DNA of 63,990 nucleotides, counting the filler, from Basidioascus undulatus (taxonomy: Eukaryota): assembly GCA_000826855.1 (NCBI GenBank). It is 5 parts of 5 records of this genome, joined end to end, with 100 filler letters (N's around TTAATTAATTAA, not from the genome) between each part and the next. Parts side by side here need not be neighbours in the genome. Positions count along the whole stretch, not along the records: positions 17,499 to 46,665 come from JTLS01000136.1; 4 more parts are not named here. The stretch is one strand, 5' to 3'. This document shows, in pieces, positions 22,221 through 35,495 of the stretch (its first letter is position 1; every line of letters begins with the position of its first letter). The notes under the pieces are model-generated. The model made no database searches. It saw only the letters and a list, made by a program, of their open reading frames with translations, and had not been told where the DNA came from. A program made the position numbers and the translations under genes.

Positions 22221-24443
22221 CTGCTCTTGAACGGGTTGGACGGACAGACGGCGAGAGCGAAGGGGTGTGCAGGAGACGCAAAACTGGCCTCTCCGGCCGC
22301 GCGCGCGGGGGGCCGGACAGGCGAGGGGGTTTCCGCGGATTGTCGTTGGTCCTTCGGCAGTCGTTTTTTGTTTTCGCTTTCGTCTTCGCTTGCTTGTTGG
22401 GGAGGTACAGATGCATTGGAGAGCAAATAAATTCACTGGGGGATAAGTTCTTCATGTAAGCAGGGTCTTTGGGGAGAAAGGAACAGTGTGAGATACAGAC
22501 TCGAGTCATCGCGTGCAATGACCTGGTGTGTCTTTCGGTCCGCCTAGCTTTCGCTTCTGAAGCGACTCCGGCAAAGTGATGTTTGCAGGCATTCACACAG
22601 GCGCTTGCGTAGCAATTTCTCTCTTTGGTGCGATGTCTGCGAAAGGCCGAGCCGACAGGTAGCATTCAGGATTCATGGCCGGGGCCGACTGTTTGTGAAG
22701 TTTCTGGATGATTGAGCAGTTATGGCTAGTGAGCAAGACGGGTGAGGGAATCTGAATAATCCAAAGATCTTTATGAGCACTCTAGGGGTGTATTTGGAGG
22801 TACGGGGGCGGAATATTTTACCCGGTAGAGGCCAGGGCAGTCAATTTGCTCAACTCACTGAAGATCGTACTGATTTGTTGCTGTTGAACACCATTCCATT
22901 GGATTATTGGGGTGTATCCTGGGTAAATCTGCTGGACGGATATGCACAATGTGTGTATGTTGGAGAGTCTAAGTCTTACACCTCTCTCTAACTGCGGCAG
23001 CGCGTTCTTTTGAAGCTCCTGCGGGGAGGCATTGATTGGCCTTTCACTGAGGACTGACGAAGACCATTGCCACGCCGGTACATCAAAATTGGTGAGTTTC
23101 TGGGGAGCTTTTCCTGGGCGGTTGGCTTCGAGACGCTATGCTGCTGCTATCGAGCAGACAAGCTTGCAGGGAAAGCTGTTCGGTCGCCTCGTATAACGTA
23201 CAGAACTGCCGGCGCTTTTGGATTTGCAAAAGGTCGTGGGTTGACGGTGTACTTTTAACGGTCTAACGCAAAGGAGGCAAGAGGCCCTTCGCATGTTGAA
23301 GCCAACCTGAAGTACTCGCTCGAAAGTGCCTTGCGGCCAAGTGCCTCAACGTTTCGCTTCAAGTTCTGCCTTCAGTCTCCTGCAAGCGTCTAGTTGTGGA
23401 TTCTGGTAAACTTTTTAAAATGGTTCAAACACCCTTCGTCAACTCGTTCAGAACATAATGCAGCCAGAGAGCCCTTTACAGCGACGGTCTACGGCTGTCC
23501 GCCTCGCTCGTTTCCTTCGTGGTACTGGTAGAGGATCAGGAAGTTCGGGAGCATACTCCTGTGGCTGGATGGACATTGTGTTCCCGTACACTGGGAGCGT
23601 TATTGGAATTTTGGCGTTGTGATGGGCGTTGTTGCACATAACCAGAGCTAAGCCAAGTTGTCGATAGGCCGGCGATCACCGCTGGACTCCTCAGCACACT
23701 GAGAACAACGGCTGTGCTAGCATTTACATGATCGTTGTGCTTGCGGTCATGGTTTCTCCCAACGACCAAGCAAACCGCAACGGGGGGAGAAAGCTTGTCG
23801 GACTCTTCACTGAGCCATCTGCGTGCGTGGTGTCTCTGCCTTCTGATTGTTCCTTCATCCGCAAGGGACACCTGACTGTGTGTTTATCGTACTTTTCGAT
23901 GACGGCGTACAGACAAAAAAATAAACAAATCCTATGTTGTTTGGCCAGGGAAAGCTCAATGGCGAGTTCCTAGCAGAGTTGTTATTCGGCTTGAATTGGT
24001 CGCTACGATCGCGAGTGACGCGGGCCGAGCGGGGGCAAGGGCGGGGCGGCACGTTCACCGTCCACCGTCCGTCGACCGTGTCCGTGTCCGGCTGGCTGCC
24101 TATCCTCCGGGCTCCTCCCTTGCTCTTGACCGCAGCCGTCGCGCGGTCTCCCGTACGACACACGCTCTACCTCCTGCAGGTTCATAGTCTTTGGTGAGTG
24201 TACTTGGAGGTTGGGAGGCGTAGATTGGGAGGGAGAGGTGCCGGAGGGGGGACGCGCCGGGACGCGTTGGGTGAGCTGGCTGACTGGCTGGGGGGCTGGC
24301 GGGTGAGGTCACTGGGGATGGATGGGGAGCGTACACAACGAGATGGAAAATCGAGCAATACACTCAACAGCAGCATCATCCCATAGCCCCGAAAGCATGC
24401 TGACAGTCACCCACGCCTCCCCGGTCCAGCAGCAGCAGCAGCG

Positions 24444-26651
24444 ATGACCTCGCCCACCTCGCCCGGCTTCGTGAGCGACAAGCCGCTCCCGCCCGTCGGG
24501 TCGGACTCGTCCCCGCAGTCGCTCAAGCCCGGGAATCCCGTGCTCAAGGCAATGCAGAAGCCCGCTCTCAAGCGCCCTCCGAGCCTGAACGAGCTCGTTG
24601 CGAGGTGAGTGCACGACGCAATGGGGGATGGGCCGGGTCCGGCCCTTACTGACATCCGCTCCGCCCTCCCGCTTCTCGCCCACATCGACAAGGATCAACC
24701 CCGACAAGTGGTCCCAGCTCCAGGCGGAGGCCGCCCGCGGCGGGTCGACCCTCCTTGGCCACGGGCCCACCAGCCCGCAGCCGTCCATCGAGGAAGGTGG
24801 GTCGCCCGTCCTTCCTCTCATTCCGTCACCCTTCAACCCCCACACATCTCCTAACGCCCTCCAATAGCGGTCATTCTATCTTTCTCCCACCGGTACTGAC
24901 TGATATCTCTGGACGCTCTCAGAGAACGCCGCCGCTGCCGCCTCCGGCACTCCGAACTCGCGCCTCCGTCTGCCCGGGAAGCTCCTGAGCCGGACGAACT
25001 CCTCGACGACCCCTTCTCCGCCCGCGTCCGAGGGTTCCGAGGCGCTCGCCGCGCCCGCGCCCGCGTCGGAGGGTTACGTCAAGGGGTACAAGGCCGTGCC
25101 CTCGCTAGCTGCGCTGCAGGCGCGGTACAACCACCCTACCGGCGCGCCGGCGAAGGGCGCGGAGGGCGCGGAAGGGATGCCGACGTTGGAGGCGGCTGCT
25201 GCTGCGGGGGCGAAGGACGCGCCTTCGCGGAGGGTGAGCGCGACTGAGGACGAGGCCGAGGGCGCCGGTGCGGGGAAAGGGGAACATCCGCTGCAGCATG
25301 TCTGGTTCGTCGTCCTCTTTTTCTCCCTCATCTCCGTCTCTCCCCTTGCACTTTAACACCGAAACCATGTCCTCGAACAGGACGCTCTTCTACGACTCCA
25401 AGTCGTCCAAGCCGCCGCAGACGCCGCTCACTGCCGGGGCCGCGTCGCCGAGCGTCCCGCCCACGCCGACTGCCGGGCCGATGCCGACGGACAAGGGCAC
25501 GTACGAAGCGGGCTTGAGCGTCGTCGGCGAGTTCCGGACCGTCGAGAGCTTCTGTAGGACTTACAACTGGTGCAAGCCGCCTTCGAAGGTGAGTCCCTCG
25601 CGCTCTGGCCTTGCCTTCCCTTTCACCACTCTTCGTTCTTTTCTTTTTGCCCTTTTTCTTCTCTCCTTTATCCTTTATCCTTTCTCTCTTCTTTCTCAGT
25701 TCTTTCTTCTTCCGCCTTTCTTTGGTCAGCGTACTGACTGGTGCACTGTTGGACAATGCAGCTGGAGCGCAACTCGAACTACCACCTTTTCAAGGACGGC
25801 GTGAAGCCGATGTGGGAGGACAGCGCGAACGCCGCGGGCGGCAAGTGGGTCATCCAGATGCGCGGGAACCCTGCGCTCCTCGACCGCTCGTGGACGTGGC
25901 TCGTCATGGGCCTCGTAGGGGAGGAGCTCGACGAGAAGGACGAGGTCACGGGCGCTGGTGGGTCCCTTTCCTGTTTCCTCTTCCCTCTCTGCATCATTAC
26001 CGCAAATCCAGCTTTCGCACTGTCCTCTGCGGCCGGTTGCTGATGGGTGGGACGGCGTTGGGGATGAACAGTTGTTTCGACCCGTCCGAGAGGCGACCGG
26101 CTGCAGCTGTGGACGAGGGGTACGGAGCCCGAGGCGATCAATGGCATTGGGAAGCGCCTGATCAAGCTCCTCGAGGTCGAGCATGAGCCGGGGGTCAGCT
26201 TGGAGTTCCAAGTGCGTTCCCAGCTCCCCTCTTGCAACTGACTGATACGTCGATACGTCCGTGCACCCTGTTGCTCACACGCCGTGCTCCCCGGCAGTGG
26301 AACACCGGCCAAGCGCCCGCGCCGAACAAGTACATCTCCATCGCACCCACGCCGGCGCACCACCAGCCCGGCCCCTCCCTGGGCGGGGGGTCCGCGCCCA
26401 ACTCACTCCTCTCCTCGCGCTCGTCCACGCCATCAGGTGTCGCGGGCGGGGCGGACTCCCCCATGGGCGCGTTCGGCGGCTCGGGCAGCAGCTGGCGCAG
26501 CGCGGGCCCGGCGGCGCGCGGGGGGATGGGCATGGGCGGCGCGATGGGGGGCGCGATCGGGCTGGGGATCTCGGGCGGCGGGGGAGGGCAGCCGAGGAGT
26601 GGGCTCCCGCCGCAGCAGCAGCCGATGGGCGGGTTCGGGCTCGGGAAGTGA
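24444..26651 (+). CDS. eIF4E-family cap-binding protein with long N-terminal and Gly-rich C-terminal extensions
   Basis: HPLQHVW/TLFYD...EFRTVESFCRTYN...YHLFKDGVKPMWEDSANAAGGKW...LDRSWTWLVMGLVGE...VTGA/VVSTRPRGDRLQLWT. Canonical introns keep the frame. Confidence 0.93.
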
Positions 26652-28691
26652 GAGTGAGAGTGAAGTGAGAGTTTGACTGTAGGAGGGAAGGGAGGGAGGG
26701 ACAACTTCTTTGCATCTTTCTGCTTTCTTCTTCTTTCTTCTTCCTTTCCTTTTGCAGCGAGTGCTCTTGATATCTTGATGCAACCAACCGACAACACACA
26801 GACGAGCAGCACCTAGCAGCAGCAGTACCATGAGCCTACCTCCCCCCCCTCACCCTGCCTACGCATGAGTCTATCTACGCATGAACCTTACCTACCTATG
26901 CATGGACCATTCATTTGAACGGGCAAAGAAGTGGAAGTAGTTGCCGTTTCCCATACTCATCACGGACAATCATTCGAAGCACGCTGCTAGCTGCAAGAGT
27001 ACTCCCATTAGCTAGCCGAAATTGATTTGATATCTGCCGGACTTGCTTGCCTGCGTGCATATTGACCGTTCTGACACTATTTCTGGACTAGGAGAGTGCG
27101 TTGATATTCGTGGGCAGCTGTAATACGGGCAGTGCAAGGCAGTGCAAGCAGTCGTTCACGGTAGTCGCTCCGGCCTGCGTCCGGGCAGGTGGGCCAGCTG
27201 CATCCATTATATCGCCTGGGTAACAAACTTTCTTTGAACATGATACGAGAGAGATGAGCGGTCGCTTCGGGCTGGTCATTGATCGTCGTGGATCGGGAGG
27301 TTGGTTGATGGCCTTGTTGTCTCCTCCGCTGCAGCCTGATATACATTGTAGTAAGGCAAGACGTTCGGAGAGCAGTCTCATGTTCTGCATGTCTGAGGAT
27401 GAGTTGATTTTCTGTTATTGCCCTTCTTCGTGATTCTCATCCTGAGGTAAAACTTGCACACAATGCTTGCCACATTCGACAAGGGAAATCTGTAGTAGGC
27501 ACCGCCGTCAGACCGCCAGCTCGAGCTCGGAGCGCCATCAAAGATATGATTGCTTCCTTGATTTTTCTCCCGCTCATACATACTAACAGTTCATAACAAT
27601 GAGGGGGAAAGCCGGCTCGGTGAAAGAAAGCGAGTGCAGTACCCTATGGGAGGATCTTTGTGCTCGTTGTGGTATAGAGACTACTGCACAGCTCCTTCTT
27701 GTTTATCTTTGTTCCAAGCGTGGGAAGCGGTTCCCAGTTGCAGACTGAAGGCGGGATGGACCCACTCAATGTGGAACGATGTTATATCATTGTCATGAAT
27801 CTGACATGTTGGCGGCAGTCTTGGGTAATGCCGATGTAGGCTTACGGCTTCGTCTTGCTGCATCATTTGTCCTCATGGCAGCCGTCAGTAAGGTTTTTGT
27901 TGATTCGTCACAACACTGCAACGTAGCAATAACATACGAGAAATGACCCCATCGGGAGTTGACAAGTGTGACATGGGGACAGCGGACTACGGCGAGCTCT
28001 CAGAGTTCTTGTTCTCCTGAATTTCAGTCTGAGCGTCCGCTTGTACTCACAGCAGGGACAGAGCTTGTAGTTTTCAACTTGATAAACAGTGGCCCCAGAT
28101 ATCAGACGCCGGTGAGGTGATGCTCTTAGAGCCACGCGGATGGAGGTGTAAAAACGCACTGGCAGTCGTAGCTTCTTCCCGTTTCCTGCCTCAACAGTTC
28201 AGAGGTTATGGACCTCCCACATGTAGGATTATCTTCCCAGCGTCACTTCCTTCACTGTATTGAAAAAAATGCCCAAGTAGTGTAGCGCGGTAAGAAACCG
28301 CCAACGCACATGAAAAGCACAAAGGCTTGTATTCTAGACTACGCGCGCCCACCAGGCCCTATTCAGTTGCGCGCTTGCTCGACTCGCGCGCCGCTCCATC
28401 AAAGGGGAGTTGTAACTCTGCCACGACGACTTAGACCCTCCCAACAGGCGGTGAAGACAGGCAACCGCACTGCAAACTCGCTCGCTCACAGGTTCGCTTC
28501 TTACACTCATCAAAGAATCTTCAAATCAGCCTCATCGCTGACACTGCATCGAATATGATGGTCCATAGCGACTCATTTATACCGCCCACTCCCCACGCGT
28601 TCCCAGCACCACTGACCCTCGCTGCTGAGCGCGCCGCGAAGGGACACTTCGACTGCCCGCACCGCTTGGATACGGCTGCTCAGGCGAGGCC

Positions 28692-31600
28692 ATGAGATAC
28701 GTCAAACCAGCATGGGTGGTCCACATGTGTGCGTTCCATCATTTATCGGACACGCAGCGGAGCTGATCCCGTCTACATCGCAGCGGGTGAGGGGGACCGT
28801 AAGAAGCGGACGGGCATCTTCTCCATTCACGTCCACCCGGACGGCTCTCGTCTAGCAACTGGCAGTCTGGGTGCGTGTAGTTCCTCACACTCTGGTGATT
28901 AGGGGGCGCTAGCCGGAGGAATCGTGATTGACGAGGAGACGGTCACCAGACACGACCGTCCGCATCTGGTCCACCGCGCCGATCCTGAACCCCGAGGCGG
29001 AGATGAACGAGCGCATCCCCAAGCTGCTTTGTACGCTTGACCAGCACAGCGGTGAGTGTCTTCATCTCCCTAGGCACGCGGTGTAAGCAGGGCAGTGCTG
29101 ATGAGGCGAGAGGAACGCCAGGTCCGGTTATGACGGTCCGGTGGTCGCACTCGGGTCGGTACCTCGCCTCGGGCTCGGACGACCGCGTTATCATGGTGTG
29201 GGCGATAGACCCGTGCGTTCTAAATCTCTATGGGGGGTAAGACTGCATGGCGCTAAGCGGTCCGGAACATGCAGGATGGGAGGCGGGAAGCGCTGGGGCA
29301 CGGACGAGGTCAACGTGGAGAACTGGACGTGCGAGAAGCTGCTGCGGGGACATGACAGCGGCGCGTGTTTCTTCTGTGGTCTCTTGGTCTCGTGTAGGCA
29401 ATGCTAAGACTTGGGGGACACGCGCAGATGTGGCCGACGTGGCGTGGTCCGAAGACGACGCCTACTTGGCTTCGGTCGGGATTGACGGGACGCTCATCGT
29501 GTACGACACGCGCACGTGGGGTGCGACCATTCATATAATCTATGGCTTAACCTGTCTGACTTGTCTTTATTGATACAGAGCGCGTCGTCAAGCTCTCCGG
29601 ACATGACAGCTCAATCAAGGGCGTCTGCTGGGATCCCGCTGGCCAATATCTCGCGACGGCGGTACGTGTCCTGCCTCGGTACACCAACTTTCTTACTCAC
29701 ACTATGAGCTTCTGTTATCTAGTCGGACGACCGGACCCTCAAAGTCTGGCGGACTGAAGACTGGGGACTGGAAGCGAGCATCACCGACCCGTTCGTGAAC
29801 TCGCCGCGCGCGTTCGTACGCCGGCTGAGGTGAGTCGGCCACTTGCTCTGGATCCTGTTCATAGACGCGCGGCTGATGAATGTACCCCTGAAGCTGGTCC
29901 CCTGACGGCGCGCACATCACCGCCGCGTGCGCCATGAACGGCCCTGTCTTCGTCGCCGCCGTCATCCGCCGCAGCGACTGGACGTCCCAGGTCTCCCTCG
30001 TCGGTCACGAGAACACCGTGCTCGTTTCGGTGCGTCTCATTGCCTTGTTCGCGTGCGCGAAGTGATTCCTCAACTGACAGCGCAAAGCGATCGCCAGAGG
30101 TTCAACCCGCGCGTGTTCCACAAGGACGTCGATCAGCCGGCGCAGAAGGGCAACGTGTTCAGCGTCGTCGCTGTCGGGTCTGAGGATAGCACCATCTCCG
30201 TGTTCTTGACGAAGCAGGCGCGCCCAATCCTCGTCGCCAAAGACATCTTCGACCGCCAGGTCCTCGATCTCAGCTGGTTAGTGCCTCCTCCCCCTCTTTT
30301 CATTCGACCACTCCGTCGGGCAGTATTCAGCAGGTGTGGGCCCTGACCACCTCATGTTCTGTTTTGACAGGTCGAGCGACGGCCTCACGCTGTACGCATG
30401 CTCCTCGGACGGGACCATCGCCGTCTTCTCGTTCGAGGCGTCCGAGCTCGGGCCGTTCGCGCCGCCGGGCGTACGCGAGCAGTATCTGGCCGCGTATCCC
30501 TCGCGCGCTCGGAAACGCGCGCAGCTCGCTCCCGCTGCCACCCTCGTCCCTCCGCAACCTCAGCCCACGCAGATGCCGTTCCAGCCGGCGCCGCAACATC
30601 CCCATGTACCTCCCCCTCAGACCCTTCTCCAACACCCCGCTCCCGCACCTACTCCCCCACCGCCGACCGCGCAGACGGTCACGATCGGCAGGAACGGCAA
30701 GAAGCGCATCACGCCGTCCCTGATCGGCGGGATTGCCCAGCGCGCTCCGTCGACCGCCCCTGTCCCTGCGCCCTTCGGCCAGCCTCAGCCCACCCCTGCC
30801 CCTGTCGCGCCAGCACCGTTCGGCCAGCCGTATGCTCAGCCATACGCTCAACCATACGCCCAGCCTTTCGCAGGCGCGCCCGAGGTCTCGCGCCAAGCCG
30901 CGACGGCCGACCTCCGCGCCGGCGCGGACGCGCTCAACAACGGCGGCGCTGCCGCGCTCCCGCCGTTTGCCAGCCCGAGTGCGAGTGCGGGGCACTGGAC
31001 CGCCCCGACGTGGGGCGGCATCAACGAGCCGCCGCCCGCGCCCGCGCCCCGCGCCAGTCTGGACGAGGCGATGGATGTCGACCCGACCGAGCTGCGCGTC
31101 GGGCCCCCGTCGGCGAGCCGGGTCGTCAAGGGCCGCACCCTAGGCGGAGACCGCCAGAGGGACGTCGTGGCGCCCCGCGAACTCCGGCAGTACCTCCCGC
31201 CCCTCGCCACGCCGGGAGCGCAACCCGGCCCGATGCTGCCCATACCCCCGCTCAACGCGTTCCTTAGCGTCGACACGCCGCAAGGCGATGTGATCGAGGT
31301 TCGGAACGTGCCAGAGTCGAGTGCGTGCCCCTTCCTCGCTGTCCGTTTTTTTGGTCTGCCACGGTCGATGATGGATCCGTGAGCACCTGCAGGGGTGTAC
31401 GAGATTTCGCTGCAAGGCCCCCGCAACACTGTCGGCGCGCGGAAGACGCTCTGGCTCGACTACCTGCCTTCCGCGATCCTTGCGGCGGCGGGCACCGCTC
31501 AACTGACCGCAGCCGCTTGCGAAGACGGCAAGCTCCATGTCTATTCGCCTACTGGACGGAGGTGAATTGCTTTAGATTATTGCGCGAAGGCTGCGACTGC

Positions 31601-32620
31601 GGCTGACATGTTGTCCGGATCGCAGATTGATGGGACCCGTCTCGCTCGAATCTCCCGTCGTGCTGCTTACGGCGACAGCGAGCTATCTCCTGGCCATTAC
31701 CTCCTCTGGTCTTATTTATGTCTGGTGCGCATGTTTACCGTCACTGCGAATCTTGACCATTGCTAAACCATCGACGCACTTCCTCACAGGAACGCCCATC
31801 GGCTCGATGTCCCTCATCCGCCCATCTCGCTTGCTCCTCTTTTGACTGCGCCGAACGCACCCGCGCCCGTCAACATCGCTCAAGCGATACTCCTGCCAAA
31901 CGGCGTACCCTTGCTCTACCTGTCCGACGCGACCGCCCACGCCTTCTCCGCGTCCACCTGCTCCTGGCAGACGGTCGCGTCCGCCTGGTACCGCGACAGC
32001 GGCTCGGACGCATGGGACACACGGGCGCGCTCTCGCGTCGCCGTCGGCTCGCGCGGACCTGTCGCACAGGCCGAGGCGGTCCTGAACGACATGCGGCTCG
32101 ACAGCAGCGCGCCGGCGCCCGCTCCGCCTCCGAACGCTGGCGAAGACTGGGTCGCCGCGCTCACGCTTGCGCACCTGGAGATCCGCTTGGCCGCTGCCGT
32201 GCTGCTCGACTCCCCGGCGGAGTACAAGCAGAACTTGCTCGCGTATGCGAAGCGGCTTGGCGAGGAGGGCTTCCGCGGCAAGGCCGAGGAGCTTGTGAGG
32301 GAGCTGTTCGGCCCTGTGTTCCAGTAAGTCTGCCCGATTGGCTTTTCTGGTGCGTTAGATAGGTAACTAAAGTTCAATCCGCAAACCAGCCAACCCGGCC
32401 GCGATGAGCAGTGGACCCGGACGGTGCTGGGCATGCAGAAGCGCGATCTGCTGCGCGAGGTCCTGAGCATCTTCGGTACGCTCCGACCTGTCGATCTTAG
32501 TATCCGTCTGGCTTGCCTTGCTGATTTTGAGCCCTTAACTTTGCAGCTCGTGGCCGTCTGCTCACCAAGCTCGGCACTGACTGGCAAGACTTGCTGCGCC
32601 GGGCGTCTGGAAGGGAGTGA
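28692..32620 (+). CDS. HIR1: Histone chaperone HIRA/Hir1 (WD40 + HIRA-B motif + Hira C-terminal domain)
   Basis: MRYVKPAWVVH, IFSIHVHPDGSRLATG, VRWSHSGRYLASGSDD, NVENW..LRGHDS, B-domain QTVTIGRNGKKRITP, C-terminal TLAHLEIRLAAAVLLDSPAEYKQNLLAYAKRLGEEGFRGKAEELVRELFGP. Confidence 0.96.
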
Positions 32621-33055
32621 CATAGGTCGCTCTTGGGGTTACGCGCTGATCAGGGACTCGGAGTATGTTGTTCTTTGTATTTCTGGCGTATCTGATGTGT
32701 ACTAGTAATTGTGCGGTCTCATGATTCAAGGGGCTGGAGTGCACCGTCGACTCGCAGACGCGCTCGCTCGCGCATTCAGCTGTTGGGATAGGCACGGAGA
32801 AGGAGCGTTTCATCAACACCCAAGCACTAGTTTTGCAGTCTTCTTTGCAGCGCTGTTAATAGAGCATGGAGCACCTTGGCGGCCAGAGGAGAGGTGCGGC
32901 CGGTCGAGTGTTCAGACGCACTATGATCGATGTTCTAGAGCGAATATCGAGGGACAGTGGCTAAGGTATTAAAGGGAATACACTCGTAATACACTCAAAC
33001 AACAGACTGCTGTACATGGAGTGAGAAAATGCCAAATACAGAAGTAGAAAAATGC

Positions 33056-34754
33056 CTAATGGGTGTGCGTCCCTTTGCCCAAACACCTTGCGAACAGCTT
33101 CTTCCAACCCCTCGGTCCCGGGCGCGGCTCCTCTTCTCGTGGCTGTTGCGGCGTTTCTTGCTGCGGCGGAGCAGCGGGTTCCGCTTCGGCAGGCTGCTGG
33201 GGGGCAGGCCCCGGCGCACCGCCCGCCTCGGGCTCCAGCTCCTTCACCTTGTAAGGTCGCGCTGAGGACGTATACACAGACCCTGGTTCAGTGAGTGGAT
33301 ATCCGGACTGATATGAAGCATCCTCACGTGTCCCACGAGGTCCTGGCTCTTCTGTCGTCGGAGGTGGGAGGTCCTTCGGAGCGGCAGCAGCAGCAGCTGT
33401 TTCGGTGGCTGGGCCTCCTCCAGCTCGGCGGCTGTACGGCAAGCACCCGGTGAAGTCAGCGACAGCCTCTAGCATTGTACTCGTACCGCTGTGATGCATC
33501 AAAAACTCAAAGGAAGGTTGGGAAGGTTGGCAGTGTGTACAGCGCTTTACTCGAGCAGACCTTGTCCCGGCAGTTCCACGCCAGGCCCTCCCTGCTGTCC
33601 AATTACCGGCGGACCACTCACTCTTTGCCGGCGACGAACGTAGAGACAACGTCTCCAAAATACTTGCCCTGCCACCGGCTACGCATGTGTGCGCTGTTAA
33701 TCTTTGTGAGCTGAATCAAGTAGAGGAAGCACGCACGCGACCTCCAATTCCTTCTCATGCACCGGACGAGATCCATCTCCTGCCGCCATCGTGCCCGCAC
33801 CGTACGCGCTCTGCCGAGATAATGTTCTATGTAAGTACCAACCCAAGGTGCTAAGGATTCCGAAGGAAGCTCATTGATGCTCACACCGCCAAGGGTCTCG
33901 GTCATGTCCGTCAACGTTTTATTCGCGTAGCCGACTGCGAAAAAGCGCGTGATGGGTCATTGGACAGCCTGTTCCACTGGCTTTACACCCGTACGGCTGT
34001 GCTCACTTGGTACAAATATGACACTGCAACAATGAAATCGGGTCAGTTGAAACCCTTGCTTCTTGGGGTAAAAGACGGCACGAACCCCATATGCGCGAAG
34101 AAGGGCAAATTGGACAAAGGCGTCTCTTCTTGCCCTCCATGCTGACTGGCAGTCGAATAAAACATGCCGCCGAACTTTCCCTGGAGAGCATCAGTCGCTG
34201 TGAGGGGAGTTATGAGCAAATGCGCTTCAATCTTCCATTTTACGGACGTACCCCAAAGTCCTCCGGTGCGGTCTATGAAAGTGGCGACCTGGGCAGGCCT
34301 GCCACCATAGCGAGTCGGAAAACCTGTGTGCACAATAGCAATAAGACCCTCATATTCAGATTCAATTCTACTGACCAGACGACGAAAGGGCTCACCGAAA
34401 AGGAACCCGTCGAACTCCTTCAAGTCATCGGGCTGCAGCACAGGAAAATCCGGGCGCGGCTTCTTTGCCCCCATCTTATCCAGAACCTCATCCGACAACG
34501 TCTCCTGGAACTGGAACCGCTTGTGTTCGACCTCTGCCTCCTTCAGTCCATCTTGGATGGCGTCTCCGACTGAAGGACGAGCGGAGAACAGTCAGACAGC
34601 AGGATCAGGCGCCTGAGGCCCACCACTCACGGGCGTTGACATGCCCCCACATCGACCAGGTGACGACTGCGACCTGGAAAACATGCAGGCCGACCCTCCA
34701 GGTGAGGACCGCTCGGAGGCGGAGAGAAGAGTGCCTACATGCCTTGGCGGGCAT
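33056..34754 (-). CDS. WrbA-type flavodoxin-like NAD(P)H:quinone oxidoreductase (Pst2/Ycp4 family); 3' end either 33618 or extended to 33056
   Basis: MPAK/VAVVTWSMWGHV...QETLSDEVLDKM...DDLKEFDGFLF/GFPTRYG...DRTGGLW...GKFGGMFYSTASQHGGQE...GG/SAYGAGTMAAGDGSR...ELEVA/RWQGKYF. The core is intact. Confidence 0.92.
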
Positions 34755-35495
34755 GAAAGCAAGTGCTGATTGTGGTGCTTGATTTGCGCTGTGCGGGGCG
34801 TGTGTGAACACGCTGTGGGTGTGGCAGTGTGATAGAAAGGCGAGGGTGAGGATGAGAAGGGGAGTGCAGATTGACTGTGCAGGGATAGCATGGCGGGACC
34901 ACTTGGTACAACGGGAAACGCGCGATCCCCTTGCGGGACGCTCCCGATACAGCGGTAGTGCTGAAGCGGGAAGCAGAGTCTCTCCACACACGCAGCCGCT
35001 ACATCTGGCCTTGACCTATTGTGTATTAGCTTGGGACTTTTGGTTGACGTGCGCGATGGTGGTGTTCTCCTTCAGATATCCAAGCCCCCAAGGTCGTCGG
35101 CGAGGCAAGCGAAAGCGCACACTCTGCCCATTAGGCAGACTCCTCGCGAGGGACCTTTTCGGAACACTGCGGACCAACTGGGTTGCTCCTGGAGGCATGG
35201 GCAGGGTGGGCCTGAAGGTTGAAATGCTGGTAGAGACGGGCAAGAGGCTCGACGCGGAGCGACATCCAAATTGCGTCACTTCACCGTGAGCATGCTGCCC
35301 CGTCACGGAGGGCAAGTTCCGAGTTCGTCACCAACGACGATATGCATACAATTGTCATAAGGAAGCCGTACCAGGATGTGGAGAAGTGAGCGTCGTCCAT
35401 CCGTCCGCGATGCATACAAAACGAGGCAGGTCGCTCGACCTTGTCGTTTCCACTCATCTTCCACGACGTTCACGGACAGCATACATCCAGCCACA

